This document shows positions 25,431-39,607 of a stretch of 64,000 nt of DNA, piece after piece. The position numbers and the translations under genes were made by a program. The notes under the pieces are model-generated. The model did no database searches. It was given only the letters and a program-made list of their open reading frames with translations, and was not told the origin of the DNA. The stretch comes from Octopus vulgaris (lineage: Eukaryota), in the NCBI GenBank assembly GCA_951406725.2, contig OX597814.1, positions 114,638,001 to 114,702,000 on the forward strand. The letters run 5' to 3'. The first letter of the stretch is position 1. Every line of letters starts with the position of its first letter.

Positions 25431-26211
25431 CAGAGTTGTCTTCCTGCGTGGAAATGAAAATATTTTTAACAGCCACAAATCATTCATGTTTGTAGGAGAC
25501 TATAATCGACCAAATGTACTGTTTTATATTTTATTGACTCTAGGGAGGTGGAAATCAAAGTTGAACTCGGCGAGATTTCCACTAACAACCTTAAAACCCA
25601 CTAAATATCACAGAATTATACGAGTCATTGACTATACTTTTAGCAGAAAGCCGTAGATGTATTTCTGTTGAATAACTAAAATTACCCACATTTCTGCTTT
25701 TACCAACTAGCTTTTCATCAGTTTAGTATCTTGCTGGACTAGTAATGGCTTTTCTAAATAATTTTAAGTTTGTTTCAACTTTGTATCCAATGTCAAGTGA
25801 AGCATAGGCTTAAGGTTTTCTGCCAAGTCAGTTTTCATTATTTTTGGCTATAGAATTTGTTCGCGATAAAGTGAGTCTGTTATTGTGTCAATTTGATCTT
25901 TCATAGTTCAGTTATATCTCATTATTTTTCTATATGCGTAGCATTCTCTTTGCGATTAACGTCAACTACCACAATCCTATTATTCAAACTTCTACAACAT
26001 ATATGCATGCATGTGGAGCAAAAAAAGCGATTTGCAAACCGGCTGAAGGGTAATTGGTGAGAAGCAACATTAAATCATAACTGGAAGACATCTGTACCCA
26101 CTACTTATTTAAGCGGTCTCACTGTTAAAGAAATGACGATATGGAGGTGAAATATGCCTAGCACTACCATAGGGGTGTGATGAAGTAGAAATGTACGTAC
26201 AGTTTCACCAT

Positions 26212-26450
26212 ATATCGCAGCTGCATCCTCGAAATACGAGAAAGCCATTGCCAAGAAGACATACTGAAATGATTCATCATTGCTGCTATGTGATGCCCTT
26301 ATATGACTTTTAAGCCCAGACAACCTTTTACACATTTTATTACATACTAGGCAACTGTGCTGGCTGACAGGAGAAATACATGCCACCACATGCACTGTCT
26401 TAACATTTAGACCTTTTTAGACCTCCAACTGAGAGGCATACCCTTCCACA
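26212..26450 (-). mobile_element. 3' end of an RTE-like LINE with C2H2 zinc fingers
   Basis: Minus strand encodes CGRVCLSVGGLKR and CLVCNKMCKRLSGLKSHIRASH, followed by a CTCG..CGAG hairpin and AT tail. Confidence 0.55.
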
Positions 26451-28299
26451 TATATGTATTTGCAACAGAAGCCGTACGGGAAATTGTTTTTCCCACGAAA
26501 GTTCCGCAACCCAGTAATAAACTCATTTGCATACAGACAATCAGAGCAGAGCCACCTTTATCCTTTTTACTTTCTAGTCAGCACCGTGCATTCCTTACTC
26601 TATCTACTGGCAGACAGCAACCTTTTTGTCACTATCGAAAAACATTTTGCTATCACTACAAGTACTACTGTCTCGAACTACATGTCGGGCAAAAGATTAA
26701 ATATATGTAAATAATATTTCTTCCTTCTTGGTGTTAATCCTTCCATGTGCACTGGTTACTTCGACGTTGTCACAATAATACACTTGCCCAAACTGAATTG
26801 CTGGAGTTATTTCATTTTTTCCATAAAAATGGTTTTAAAAAGTTATAGAGGTTTAAAGTTTGATCATTTTCACCCAGTCAGGCGATAAGATAAGGTCAGT
26901 TGGTTAAGGAATGAACATGCTTCTTTTCTCTTTTAATAATCCTTGTTCTTGTTACAACTATGGCTGCCTCTGCGTAGTTATTTGTGTTGTTGTTTACTTT
27001 GTAAAACGGTAAGGGGAGAGGGTTGCTAGTAAATCAACCTCTACTCACATTTTCCCCAACCACATCTTTACCATATGGGGTCCTAGCAAAATCCGATAAT
27101 AGGTATAGATGCAAAGCTAATTACTTCTTTTAAAATCAAGCATAACTTGGCGATCGGTCGACTCACAACACCTTCTTCGTTATGAGTTTACTTGGTAGTG
27201 TATTTGTTAACTTGACATCGAGGTTAAGGTGAACTCTGATTGGCTGTACGCAAATGAGTTCATTACTGGAACCCGGAACTCTCGTGGAAAAAGTTCGCAA
27301 GCCGTAGTAACCAAATTATCCACAATTGAAGTTCATCGTCGGATTGAATGGAAAACCATAGCTATGTACGCATATAGGCATGCATATTCGTATGTATGTG
27401 TACAAATATATTCGTGTGTGTGTTTATGTAGCTGCATATACACGTGTATGTGTATGTTGATGGGTGCATGTATGTATGAGTATGCTTGTATATATCTATG
27501 CTTCATGTTTCATATTTTCAGCGAAGTTCACTTTATTTGTATGAAAAAAAATGAAACAGAAAGAAATGATAAATGAGATTTTAAAATTTACAAAAGGAGG
27601 TGAATAAGATGTCATTGCCAAAGATAGCCCTTCCGTGCCTCATAAATTAGGTGCTCCATTTCATCCTAGAATTATATCATCAACTAGCAATGCTATCAGT
27701 GGTAAACATAAAACATCAGCGGTAAGCATAAAACGTGTTAGGACTGTGTTTTCTCATTTCAGTTCCATTTGTTTTACTCTTATGTACAAGGATACTTTGT
27801 TGCTTTCATTGAGTGCGATAAAAAAAACCTGGAAAGCATTGACATGAGATAGCTTATCACGTACAGATGGATACGTATGAAGTGTTTAAGCCAGAAAGAA
27901 GCCGTATACTTTATCTGCACTCCATTTCTATTCTTTTCCTTTAGATAAGTAGGATTGATCTTGCTCTGTTGTGGCTTTAAAGTGTACACTTGTATCTAAT
28001 CTGTATCCCATTCACTTCAAATTGTTACTTCAAACGCTGGACCAGTACTGTTTTGTATTGGCTGCTACATCTTATTATTGTTCTTTTTATTTGAATGGAG
28101 GCTATGAACCTGAATACCCGTGGCCGCAATGAATAGAACAGAAAATAAAATCTGAACATAGATAAATTTCTGTTATCAGTATTAAATTACATTTTGTTGA
28201 TGACTGTATATACAGTGTAGACTCTATGTACTGAAAAATGAAAATACTGTCTCTTTTTACCAGGTCCCTGAAAATTAGACATTTCCCTTTAGAATATTT

Positions 28300-29220
28300 A
28301 ATTCGCAACATGAAGAGCTAAGCAACTGAGCGTTTCAAACCCAGCTGTTTAACATATAAAGATCTTAGAAAATTGAGCCTCCTACATGGAAGAGTGATGA
28401 TATATTTGCCTGTTGTTCAATGTTCTTGATGTTCTTGCAAGAGAGCCAACTTAAAATTAAAATGCATAGCAAATATTGTCCAACTCATTTCTGACGATAT
28501 TGTGATTTTCGTGTATTTACACAACGTTGATTACGCCACAAACTCAAGCCGCTAGTAGGATTGCGATGTTTTCCAGTATACTTTCGTTCTCATGCTGATA
28601 TCACTTCCTGACGGTACTCTCAACATATACTGTTTAAGATGGAACATGCAATTGTTGTTTTCAGTTACTTATCTGGTAGTTACATACTTTATTTTAACTT
28701 TAACTACTTTCTTTCTTAATCATTATTCATATTTTGTCTCTGGTGTAATGTTTTCCACAACTACATTGCCAACACATTCTAAACACTGGAATAATAATTC
28801 CTCATTTTTACAGCACAAAAGCTTGAAATATAATGACTTTAGCCGTCAGTTACTGCTTCAGTGCTGCCTTACATCAGGAAACCTTTTATCCTTAATGTTA
28901 TGTCTGCCACAAGTTTCTTGTGCTTTTTCATGTAGTGTTCAACTTTTCATGGCCCTAGTATTCATTTCTGCCAAGATCTTTTCTCACGCACCAGCCATGT
29001 AGAGCACCGTGACTTATTTCAGTTTTCTGTCACCTGTTTCACACTATTCCCTGTGAATAAATCACTTCAGCCTTTTGAACCCTGTTTCCTTTAATACCTG
29101 GCGTTATGTGATTCAAGGGAATATTGAACATGCTTCTTTCTTTATTATATTTCAGATCCTCCTTATCTAATTCTTTCTGTTATTCCTTATTGTGCTATGA
29201 GATAGTGTATCATTCGGGAC
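28300..29220 (-). mobile_element. Heavily decayed LINE RT region, possibly R4/Dong-like
   Basis: Faint remnants resembling AYDMVP, IFQGDS, D.KL and RLY motifs in the expected order, with many stops and frameshifts. Confidence 0.3.
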
Positions 29221-31484
29221 ATATCATATCCAGCAAAATTTATTTATTTTCAGTATTTTCACACCTATTCCTTCTTTTTCTCAAGGTATATTGCTCGGTC
29301 TGTGATAAAGTTAGTGTAGTTACAACTTGTTGGTACCTGATTCAATTATGACTAACGTGATCTTTTCACCAGTGAGTCTATAAGCTTTATAAGTTCCGTA
29401 ATAATTATGATAGTTAAGCTGTGTGTAATGTGTGTACGGAGGTGTTTGTCCTCCGGGATTTTTATATTAACATTGTTCTAAATTAATATTTCTGGAACTT
29501 TGACAGATTGCTGCGGTGAATTGACGCCATCTTTCTCCTGAGAAATATCTAGTCTGTAATCCGGACTTGTTTACATGTTATTTCTTTTCAATTTTCCTTT
29601 TCTCTACAGTTCAATCTCGAAAAAGAGGTAACTACGGAAGTATAATTAATTAGTCGGCCGGAAATCGAAACTGTGTTGCACAATTAACTCATTAGGCGGT
29701 TAGTTTCACACTCATAACAATCCCACGTCTGCCAAAAATATTTTGGGAGCGTCTACACAGTCACTTGACTCGCTGAAAATAGCAGTCATATTTCTTTGAA
29801 ATTGCACCTTACCGTTTTAGAAAATGAAAGAAATTGCAGAGCGTAATCTTAGGTATAGTATGATTAAAAACAAAGAAATGATGACTACGGCTGAAGCGTC
29901 ATTCTTCATGGGTCTGTTCAATCAGGAATAATTTGCGTTAAGGAGCAACAACCTATGTTGTTTTTTAATGACCAAATAGACAAAGTAGTATTCTTGTAAC
30001 TGAATTTTTCTTTTCATTAACTGCAGATGAAGCCTTTCTGATCGAATAGACTTATGATCAAAATTATTCCAGTTACAGCCACCAAATATCCAATGTATTT
30101 TTTAATTTAAGGCGGAAGGATGTGATTGCATGGGGATTTGGTTGCTATTTCTAACAAACTAAGCGACTGCATAAAAGTCTCTTTGTTAATCCGTCCTTTA
30201 TGGTTTATTGGGAGGAGAGAAAGCACTATAATCATTCCTTTAAGAAATATCTTATATATAATTTACGGACAAAGGTTTAGCAAAACTGTATCGAGATTGA
30301 AAATGAATTAATCTCTACATTCAGAGCAATATCGAAGAGTTTCACAAAAAATATTACATCAGCAATTATCAACTGGATACTTGATTCATAAAAGAAACCT
30401 TAGTCTGTGATTTAACTGTATTTATTTAGCAACTGCAGTCCCATATTGCTTAGCAAACATTTTAAACTCATATGATGCGATTGCAGTTTATCTATCAATA
30501 CATGTATTGTTGATCAGAGACACTACAATTTATATAGATTAACTAAACCCTTCAACTATTAACGTAGATCTTACCTTCGTATCTTCTGCACATTAATGTG
30601 ATATATTGATTATCAATATTCAGGTATTTCAACGATATTAACAATATAAAATATTTTAGTTGGGACTTTAGCAACATACAATTCGTTATTGTAGATGTTT
30701 TGGGTGTTTTCATTTCTCGTTACACTGGATAAAAAGAAAGAACTAATTGCTTTATGCATGTTTTTCTAAATATTAAGGCTATTCCTTTGCAACATGGTCA
30801 TCGATCGATAACTAAGTTGCAAGGATATGTTGTTTGCGTAGTGCAAGAAATGTGAGAACATACAGACCGTTTGTACATAAATCTGCATTAGCTGAGACAT
30901 TTCGAAAGTCTTTTCTGACCAGTATTGCAGTTGAGCCAATATTTCCTGTTTTCTTACAGAACTCTGTCTTTTCATGATTGCAGTTGTTGCTGCTATTGTT
31001 GTTGTTGTTTAACTTCAAGCACGCCTTTATCGAATTAATCTGTTTAAAAGCTTCATATCTACAGCTATCTCTTTTATACTCTGGATTACATCATCCGACA
31101 TGTATTTCTAAAATAATAGGGTATGATTCGAAGGTTACTTAGCTACTACTTGCAGCAGATCGAACGACCGGGCACAGGCTTCTTCATTATGTAAAACAGA
31201 ACATACGTAAACTGAAGGTAACATGTCAAGATTTTATTTAGTTTTTTCATGTTGCTGTATGCTAAATTTCAAGAAAAAAAAACGCCGATTATCATATAAC
31301 CTTAGGCATTAACAACACCGTATGTCTAGAGTAAAAAATATGAAAGATCTATATAAATTACACAGATTCACATCTCATAAAATTCATAATAGTGAAGTAT
31401 TTTTAGTCTAATCACAGAAAATAATACAATGCCTGTGTTCCTAATGACCGAAATATTTTGTTGAAATATTAGTATAGGGAGAAT

Positions 31485-31632
31485 TCAAAAAAAGAAAAAA
31501 ACAAGACGAAGACAGGTGGCGTTGACAGCAAACAGATGTATCAGTATAACGCTTGGGAAGTTCCAAAGAAAGGAACACAGAAAGAAACAAGGAGAGAAAA
31601 ATAAAGAATGTGTAGTGGCTAGCGGTCTATAA
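31485..31632 (-). mobile_element. Orphan Penelope 3' end lacking the HHR segment
   Basis: AAGACGAAGACAGGTGG...CAAACAGATGTATCAGTATAACGCT...GGAGAGAAAA...TGTAGTGGCTAGCG is the reverse complement of 37235-37410 without the ribozyme core. Confidence 0.75.
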
Positions 31633-32101
31633 TTAGTATACGTTACTATAATAGTTGTTGTTTTGTCAGCTGTGTTATCTCACCTAGTGACAGTTGATGT
31701 CGTAGCACTTATTAAATTATTATACCTTTTATGCCTATATGTGTTCCATTGTTGTTTAGTTGATATTGAATGGGCGAAAAATGTTGTTGACCCTCCTATG
31801 CTGTATTGAATTATCTATAAGATTAGTTATCCAGCACCCATATTAAATACAGATATGTAGTGATATGATAGATAGTGCTTCCTTGTCATCATATCCAAAC
31901 AACGGTTGAACATTTGTCTAAACAGCCGATCCTGTGAACTGATGATCGTAAAGATCTCAGAAACTTACATTTGTACTTAACACTCTCACGATGCTGCATC
32001 TCTGTTAGCTGATAAAATCCGAGCGTTCAGCTTTGTGTTAATCACTGTTTTCCATAAATTCATCAAAATAACCACAGTTATTGTGGAATACATTTCACCG
32101 A

Positions 32102-32496
32102 AGGTGGCGAGCTGGGAGAATCGTTAGTACGCCGGGTGAAATGCTTCGCAGTATTTCGTCTGTCTTTATGTTCTGAGTTCAAATTCCACCGAGGTCGACT
32201 TTGCCTTTCATCCTTTCGGGGTCGATTAAATAAGTACCAGTTACGCACTGGGGTCGATATAATCGACTTAATCCGTTTGTCTGTCCTTGTTTGTCCTCTC
32301 TGTGTTTAGCCCCTTGTGGGTAGTAAAGAAATAGATATTCTTTCTTTACGTTCTGAGTTCAAATTCCGGCAAGATCGACTTTGCCTTTCATCCTTTCGGG
32401 ATTGATAACTTAAGTACCGGTTGCGTACTGGAGTCGATCTAAACGACTGGCTATCTCCTCCAAAATTTCGGGCCTTGTGCCTAGCGTAGAAAAGGT
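32102..32496 (+). mobile_element. SINE family A chimeric dimer
   Basis: Two bodies with different tails inside one TSD ATACATTTCACCGA (32088-32101 and 32497-32510). Confidence 0.9.
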
Positions 32497-32720
32497 ATAC
32501 ATTTCACCGACATTGGTGAACATGAGACTTTTTGTGAACGTGAGGCTTTTGTAAACATGAGTCTGCGCAGTGAGATCGAATGCAGGACTATGTGACCATG
32601 AAGTGAGATTCTCAACCACGCACTCTCGCAGCTTCTTCAACTAGTTATAACTTCTACTTGTTCTGTTGTGTGAAGACAGCCGCTTAGTAAATCATTATAT
32701 AATCCCCAAATACAAGACTA

Positions 32721-33298
32721 TTATCTCCTTACACACACACACACAAACACACATACACACAAGCGTGCACACACACGCCTGCACACTCGCACATGCATAC
32801 TCGCACATGCATACTCGCACATGCATACTCGCACATGCACACTCGCACATGCACACTCGCACATGCACACACACATGCATACACACACACATGCACACAC
32901 ACACACACATACACACACACACGTAGTCGCGCACACGCACACACACCGCACGAACACGCAAACACACCGCACAAACACACACACACCGCACAAACACACA
33001 CACACCGCACAAACACACACACACCGCACAAACACACACACACACCGCACAAACACACACACACACACCGCACAAACACGCGCACACACACACACACACT
33101 GCACAAACACGCACAAACATACCACACGAACACGCACACACAGACACACACACCGCACACACACACAAACGCACACACCGCACAAACACACAAACGCACA
33201 CTCCGCACAAACACAAACGCACACTCCGCACAAACACACAAACGCACACACTGCACACACACACACACATACACACACCACATGCATACATATACATA
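32721..33298. repeat. Compound (CA)-derived minisatellite
   Basis: 14-bp CATGCA(T/C)ACTCGCA units followed by CCGCACAA(AC)n units. Confidence 0.95.
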
Positions 33299-34714
33299 GA
33301 TGGATGCCCGATCCCTATGGGTTTCGATAATGAGGATTCAGTTGTTGGATCAATTGAATTACGTGCTCATTGAATTACTGTGTAAGTGGTTCATTGTCTC
33401 ACAGGTAGGTGTACTCAGTGTACTCTGAAAGAGATCCTCAGGTAGCAACAACGGGTGACAAGATTGTACCTTCCAATATCAAGCAGAATCTACACGATCA
33501 GCTTTAATACAGTTCCGTTTCTACTGACAAGGTACGAAACAACTTAAGGCTGTAGTAAATGTTAATTGCTCAAGATAAGACGTAACGGGATTGAACTCTG
33601 GACTTGTTGATGAGGAATTTCATAACTATGTCAGATTGTGTGTTGGGAAGGATGGGCGCATGCACATAAAGCGAAGCCTACAAAAATATACATAGCTACC
33701 CTTATAAAATGAAAATTTTCTTTTGTACCAATCTGTATCAATCAATAAACCATCAGATATAAATGGTATCTCCAATCACCTGCATTGAATAATTATATTT
33801 CTCAAGACATGTTTTATTAAAATTTTAACTCTAAACAGTAAAATCCAAAAATTCTAATATCTAACATTCCTTAAACTTAAAATATCAAAAGAACTTAACG
33901 TTTGACAGCTGCAATAGTTCTGTTTATATATGCTTTCTGAAATGTCTCACTCAAAGAAATTGTTTTAATATACTTTTTCTTTCAAATATACCTTCTCTGA
34001 AATATATGTTTGGCATTTAAATTGTTAATTAAAAAGATTTAATACGGTGTTCTTGAAGCTTAAATGCTTATTGATAATATTTCCATAAATTGATTGAAGG
34101 AAATTATAAGCGGTTGAACTGAAACCAGGATATGACTTGGTATTATATTTAATAAGGTATTAAATTTTGGAACCTCGCATTTTGTCTCGTGAGGGAGAAA
34201 AGTTAAAGCTTTGGTCTCATTTCAGTGGCTGATTTGTTTATAGATTTAGAACCAAAAAAATTTCCTCAATACAAGCAGATTTAATCTCCATCATTCCCAT
34301 CCAAATACCAGAAAAAAAAAGAATGAAGAATAAACAGTAATTTTTAACCTAAATATCAAAATAAGCTAAATCCGTGTATAAGGAAGAAAAGTGAACTGTG
34401 ACGTTTCAGAGAAAATTCTTCTTCAAAATGTGTAATATTATCAACACTGCGGCGGATACTCCGATGTGACTATAGGAGAAACATTCTAAATACTGATAAC
34501 ATGACAGAGATGTTTCGAAATTTTATTTCCCCTTAACTGATAACGATGTCATAATCACTAATGATTTACATTCTGAGTTTAACTCTCATCTTCTTAGTTG
34601 ACAAAATAAAGTAATAATTAAATACTAAAACAGATCTAATTGACTCGATTTTTAGCATTATGCTGACGTGAGTAGTCAAAATTAACGATAGTGTAATATC
34701 AGTATTCAATAATT

Positions 34715-34880
34715 CTTTCTACTAGAGGTACAAAGTCTAAAATGTTGTGGTTAGGGGACTAGTCGATTACACCGAACCCAGTAATCAACTGGTAGAATTT
34801 GAACTAGGAACGTAAAGACTGACGAAATGCAGTTAAGCTTTTTGCCCGACATGCTAACAATGCTGCCAGCTTGTCGCTTT
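34715..34880 (-). mobile_element. SINE family A, diverged with internal deletion
   Basis: Tail TTTCTACTAGAGGTACAAAG through GAATTTGAACT to CTGCCAGCTTGTCGC. Confidence 0.7.
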
Positions 34881-35339
34881 GTACACTCTTATAATATAAG
34901 AACGGTTTTGAGGGAGCTCAGAAAGAGAGCTCTTGCACTCAGGTCGGTGGTTCCTGCAACAGAACAATTCACCAGTATAAAATTCCATAGTAATAAGCAA
35001 CTACTTGACAATAACGAGGAGATTAAATCTACCCAAATACTTGATTGTTACATTAGTTTTGCTTTTGGCTCCAGAACTATGTAAAGTAAAACTGACCTCT
35101 GCATGATTTGAACTTAAAACGTACAGTGTCGTAACTAAGCATGACGCCCTAATGTTCCTGTAAATTAATTTTTTTCCTATGCACGGTTCTTATATTAGTA
35201 TTTAAACAAAATGCTCAGGGCAGAAGTGAATTTTTGTGTTAAGTGTTATATTTGTATGTCATGTTGAACGTTTCTTTGCTATTCATTTCAATATCCACTT
35301 ACACACATCCAAACAAAAGTCACCCCAAATGCAGAAACA

Positions 35340-35374
<35 letters not shown>

Positions 35375-35644
35375 AACAAATGATAAAAATGTATTTCGGT
35401 CAAAATTTCCGAACATGAGCTTTTAGTTATTCGATCAACTGAATTACCAGGTTCATTGAATACACTCGTAAGTGGGTGAGTGTTTCACTGACTTATGTAG
35501 TCATGATCACATTCTAAGGCAGAATAACTGACAGTTTGTGTGTGGGATGAAGCTGATCTTCGGAATTAAAGTTATCATCCATTCGGCGGACTTCCACATG
35601 GTTTCAGTTTACCGAATTTCACTGCTGCTGGGACCCACTTCGGT

Positions 35645-35950
35645 CATGATTGCACCTAGAAAGTTACCCTCCCAGGCACAAGTCCGGGCAAGGTTGTTTA
35701 TGGAAGACCAGCAGTCACTCATGAATACCGGCCTCCTCTCTCCACGTTAACAGTGTTATCCAAGGCAAAGGCCGATACAGCTTGGCACCAGTGACGTAGC
35801 TAACTCATTTCTACAGCTGAGTGAACTGGAGCAACGTGAAATAAAGTGTCTTGCTCAAGAACACAACACGCAGCCCGATCCGGGATTCGAACTCACAACC
35901 TCACGATTGTAAGCTCGACGCTCTAACCACTGAGCCATGCACCTTCACCT
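35645..35950 (-). mobile_element. SINE family D, tRNA head plus CORE-like segment
   Basis: Reverse complement has TGGCTCAGTGGTTAGAGCG (A-box), GAGTTCGAATCCC (B-box) and TCTTGAGCAAGACACTT. Confidence 0.85.
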
Positions 35951-36854
35951 AATTTCACTAGTAGCTATAAAAAACTACATTTTACCACGAACAAGCACTT
36001 CCTAATAGCAATGTAAAATTTTTAACCATTCGAGCATCCTGCTCGCGCGCGCGCACACACAAGCTAGTTTCCCTGTATAACTGGATCGGATCATTTTATA
36101 GCTGGATTTATATTAGTCAACAGTTTACTTCACACTTATACTTTTATGTATAATCGGTCGGTACACACCTTATACATAGTGGGAAGTGTCTTCGTCTTAG
36201 TGCCGAAGCATAAGATTGTTTCAGTTTCATAGTACCAACAGTAAACTGTTCCTATAAATGGTAATATTATCTTGACAGCAAGCAATTTGCTTGACATCTC
36301 CAAAACGTAGCTGGTCCACATTGATCACAAACTTCGTGTTTGAAGGTTAAGTGTCCGAATAATCACCTGTTCTGTGGACAAGTAGTAGATGAAATATGAT
36401 CGGCAAAAGTATTAATTTTATAATTTAGTTCATCATTAAATTGTAATTTGGTTCCAAAAGCGATTGCTATAATTATTTAACGCTATCACTGTAACTGATA
36501 CATTTACTCGAACACAAAATTCTGATGCTGTTAGGAGTGGTTAAAACAGTAGAGTACTTGGTGGTATTTAGTTAACTCTCACAGTTTTGAGTTCGAAGCC
36601 TGCAGAATCTTTAGAATTAGTATCAATTGTCTTTTGAGATTTATTCAATTCAAAATACCATTTCCTCCCAATGTTTGGGCCTTGTATAAAAATTAGAGAT
36701 GTATATCGTATTTATACATGTATAAACCGCACTATTTTATACTTTAACTGAAAACAAAATTGATTGACTCATAAATGGGACAGAAAGGAAAATTTACCAA
36801 AAATTAACACTAATTAATGATACGACTTACGCACGAGTAAATTCTGTAATATAT

Positions 36855-37412
36855 CCCCACCCCACCCTCTGCCTAACCACATACCCCAACTCCACCCCAA
36901 CCCTCAGCCTAACCCACACCTCACCCGTGCTTTCCCCACTCTCACCTCCCCCACCTCCTAACATCACATCACACCACATCACACTACACCATACAACACT
37001 ACACATCATATCACAACACACCACCCACACACCAGCACTGACCAATTCCCATCCCCACATTTCCACACCTACACATACATACACGCACACGTCCAGACCA
37101 CCAGCCCTCTTTCACACGCACATACGTACTCTGTTATACACGTAAGCACCTTCGTTGTGGGGGTCATCTTTACTTTATCTCCCCTACTTCTTCGCTCTCC
37201 TGTGTGACCCTTCTGTCCAGCAGTCGCCATGATAGATCAGTAGCCACTATACACATATTTGTTCTCTCCTTGTTTTTTTTCTGTGTCCCTTTCTGTAGAA
37301 GAGCGTAGGCTCGAAACGTAAGACTTTTCTATTCCTGAGCGTTATACTAATACATCTGTTTGTTTTGTACACCACCTGCTTTTGTCTTTTGGTTTTTTCG
37401 TGAACTCTCTCC
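36855..37412 (+). mobile_element. Orphan Penelope 3' end
   Basis: C/A-rich tract, ACACGTCCAGACC shared with about 5380, CTGTAGAAGAGCGTAGGCTCGAAACGTA at 37293, ends in TA repeat. Confidence 0.88.
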
Positions 37413-37679
37413 GATATATATGTATGTATGTATATAATTAAAGAAAATAGGGCTTAAATAAAATACAGAGGAATATTTCTTTAAGGGTTCTTTGCAAATC
37501 GGATTCGTTTAACAAAATTGTCCAGTAAAAATTGCGACTGCAGTAATTCATATTTTGTTGTTCACTTCCTGTGATGTCCAGTTTGTAAAGCCGAGGGTCG
37601 AAGACCAGATAATTCGATGTATTAATCACAAAATGTATAAGAAAAATACAAAGAATGATTTAATTAGCTAGACTTGTTT

Positions 37680-37721
<42 letters not shown>

Positions 37722-37867
37722 GTATGCCTGCGTATGTGTGTTCATGCGTGAGTATATGCTGAAGGTGCTTAGGATTTGATTTAATGATATATTTTTTGTT
37801 AAAGGTATTCTTGCTAGGAGGAAAGTGTACTGGTCAATTATTACATCATTCATGTGGATGTAAATAG

Positions 37868-38068
37868 CTATTTCTTTACTACCCACAAGGGGCTAAACAC
37901 AGAGGGGACAAACAAGGACACACAGACGGATTAAGTTGATTACATCGACCCCAGTGAGTAACTGGTACTTAATTAATCGACCCCGAAAGGATGAAAGGCA
38001 AAGTCGACCTCGGCGGTATTTGAACTCAGAACGTAACGGCAAACGAAATACGGCTACGCATTTCGCTT
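37868..38068 (-). mobile_element. SINE family A, 5'-truncated
   Basis: Reverse complement of the family A body and long tail. Confidence 0.88.
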
Positions 38069-38744
38069 AATATGACTTAATATTCTTTACAATTGAAACC
38101 ATTCACTTAGAATCCACGAAAAGTCTTTCAATGACCCCCACCTAGACGAATATTAAAACAATTTCCTGTTTTCCAACCAGATAATACACTTTTTGCCATT
38201 ATTTTCCGTTAATAACAGTGTGACCCTATGGTGATTCTCTTTATTAACCTCACTGATAATGAGAAAACATAGTTTGTAATATTAATTATATAACCATATT
38301 TAATTGAATGTCTTGCTAACTGAATATAGTGTTCAATGTGAGAAATGAAATAACAGCTTATGCAATTATATTAGGGAGAGCGATATAAATTGCATAATGC
38401 ATCTTCAAGCGAATTCCCTGATCAATATTTATTGTCTTTCTGTAAAATAGCTAGTTGGAATCTTTTTAATACTGTGCAAACACGATGAACGAAGTATCAT
38501 GAATTTCGACTATTTAGGACTAATCACCCATTTGTTTATGTCACACCAATGCTAAACAGGTACTCTAACAAAGAATTAGCATAAAGGCCAGGGTTAGGGT
38601 AACAGAGAAGGAGGTTGAGAAACTATACAAATTACGCGCTAGATATTTCTCACCTAATACGGGTACAATACCAATAAATCTCTTTAGAATTCGTATTCAA
38701 TACAATCACCGTGTTCAATGCTTCTGATCTCGATTTTCATGTTT

Positions 38745-39465
38745 TCTTTTACTTGTTTCAGTCATTTACTGGCCATGCTGGAGCACCGCCTTTAGTCGAG
38801 CAAATCGACTCCAGGACATTCTTTGTAAGCCTAGTACTTATTCTATCGGTCTCTTCTGCCGAACCGCTAAGTTACGGGAACGTAAGCACACCAGCATCGG
38901 TTGTCAAGCGATGTTGGGGGGGAAGGGACAAACACACACACACACACACACACACATACATACATACATACATATACATAAATACGACAGGCTTCTTTCA
39001 GTTTCCGTCTCCCAATTCCACTCACAAGGCTTTCGTCGGCCCAAGGCTATAATAGAAACACTTGCCCAAGGTGCTACGCAATGGAACTGAACCTGGAACC
39101 ATGTGGTTCGTAAGCAATCTACTTAACACACAGCCACTCCTGCGCCTATTTTTTAACTTGTTTCAGTCATTTGACTGCGGACATGCTAGAACACAACATT
39201 TAGTCGAACAAATCGACCCCAGGACTTATTCCATTGGTCTCTTGCCGAACCGCTAATTACGGGGTCAAAAACACACCAACATCGGTTGTCAAACGATGGT
39301 GGGAGACAAACATACAAATACATACATATATACAAATATATATATGACGGGTTTCTTTTAGTTTCCGTCTACCAAAACCACTCACAAGGTTTTGGTCGGC
39401 CCGATGCTATAGTAGAAGACAATTGCCCAAGGTGCCACGCAGTGGAACTGAACCCGGAACCGATC
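38745..39465 (-). mobile_element. Two tandem SINE family B copies (38745-39146 and 39155-39465)
   Basis: Both begin on the plus strand with ACTTGTTTCAGTCATTT and are colinear with family B. Confidence 0.9.
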
Positions 39466-39607
39466 TAGGCATTCTTACTCTCTATCTAGAAACGTTCTTT
39501 GTTCTCTCAAATATTTTTCATCATGGATGACAAGTGCAGACCAATATTTAAATGTTCGATAAATGATAAATAGGTGAATAGGGATAAATGAACAAGTACA
39601 ATTAACT

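Noticed and set aside
26105-26395. Host C2H2 zinc-finger gene
   Set aside because: No TGEKP linkers or finger array, and it ends in a LINE-like tail.
32666-33330. Long ORFs rich in C/V or H/T
   Set aside because: They are translations of a (CA)-derived repeat that is open in nearly all frames.
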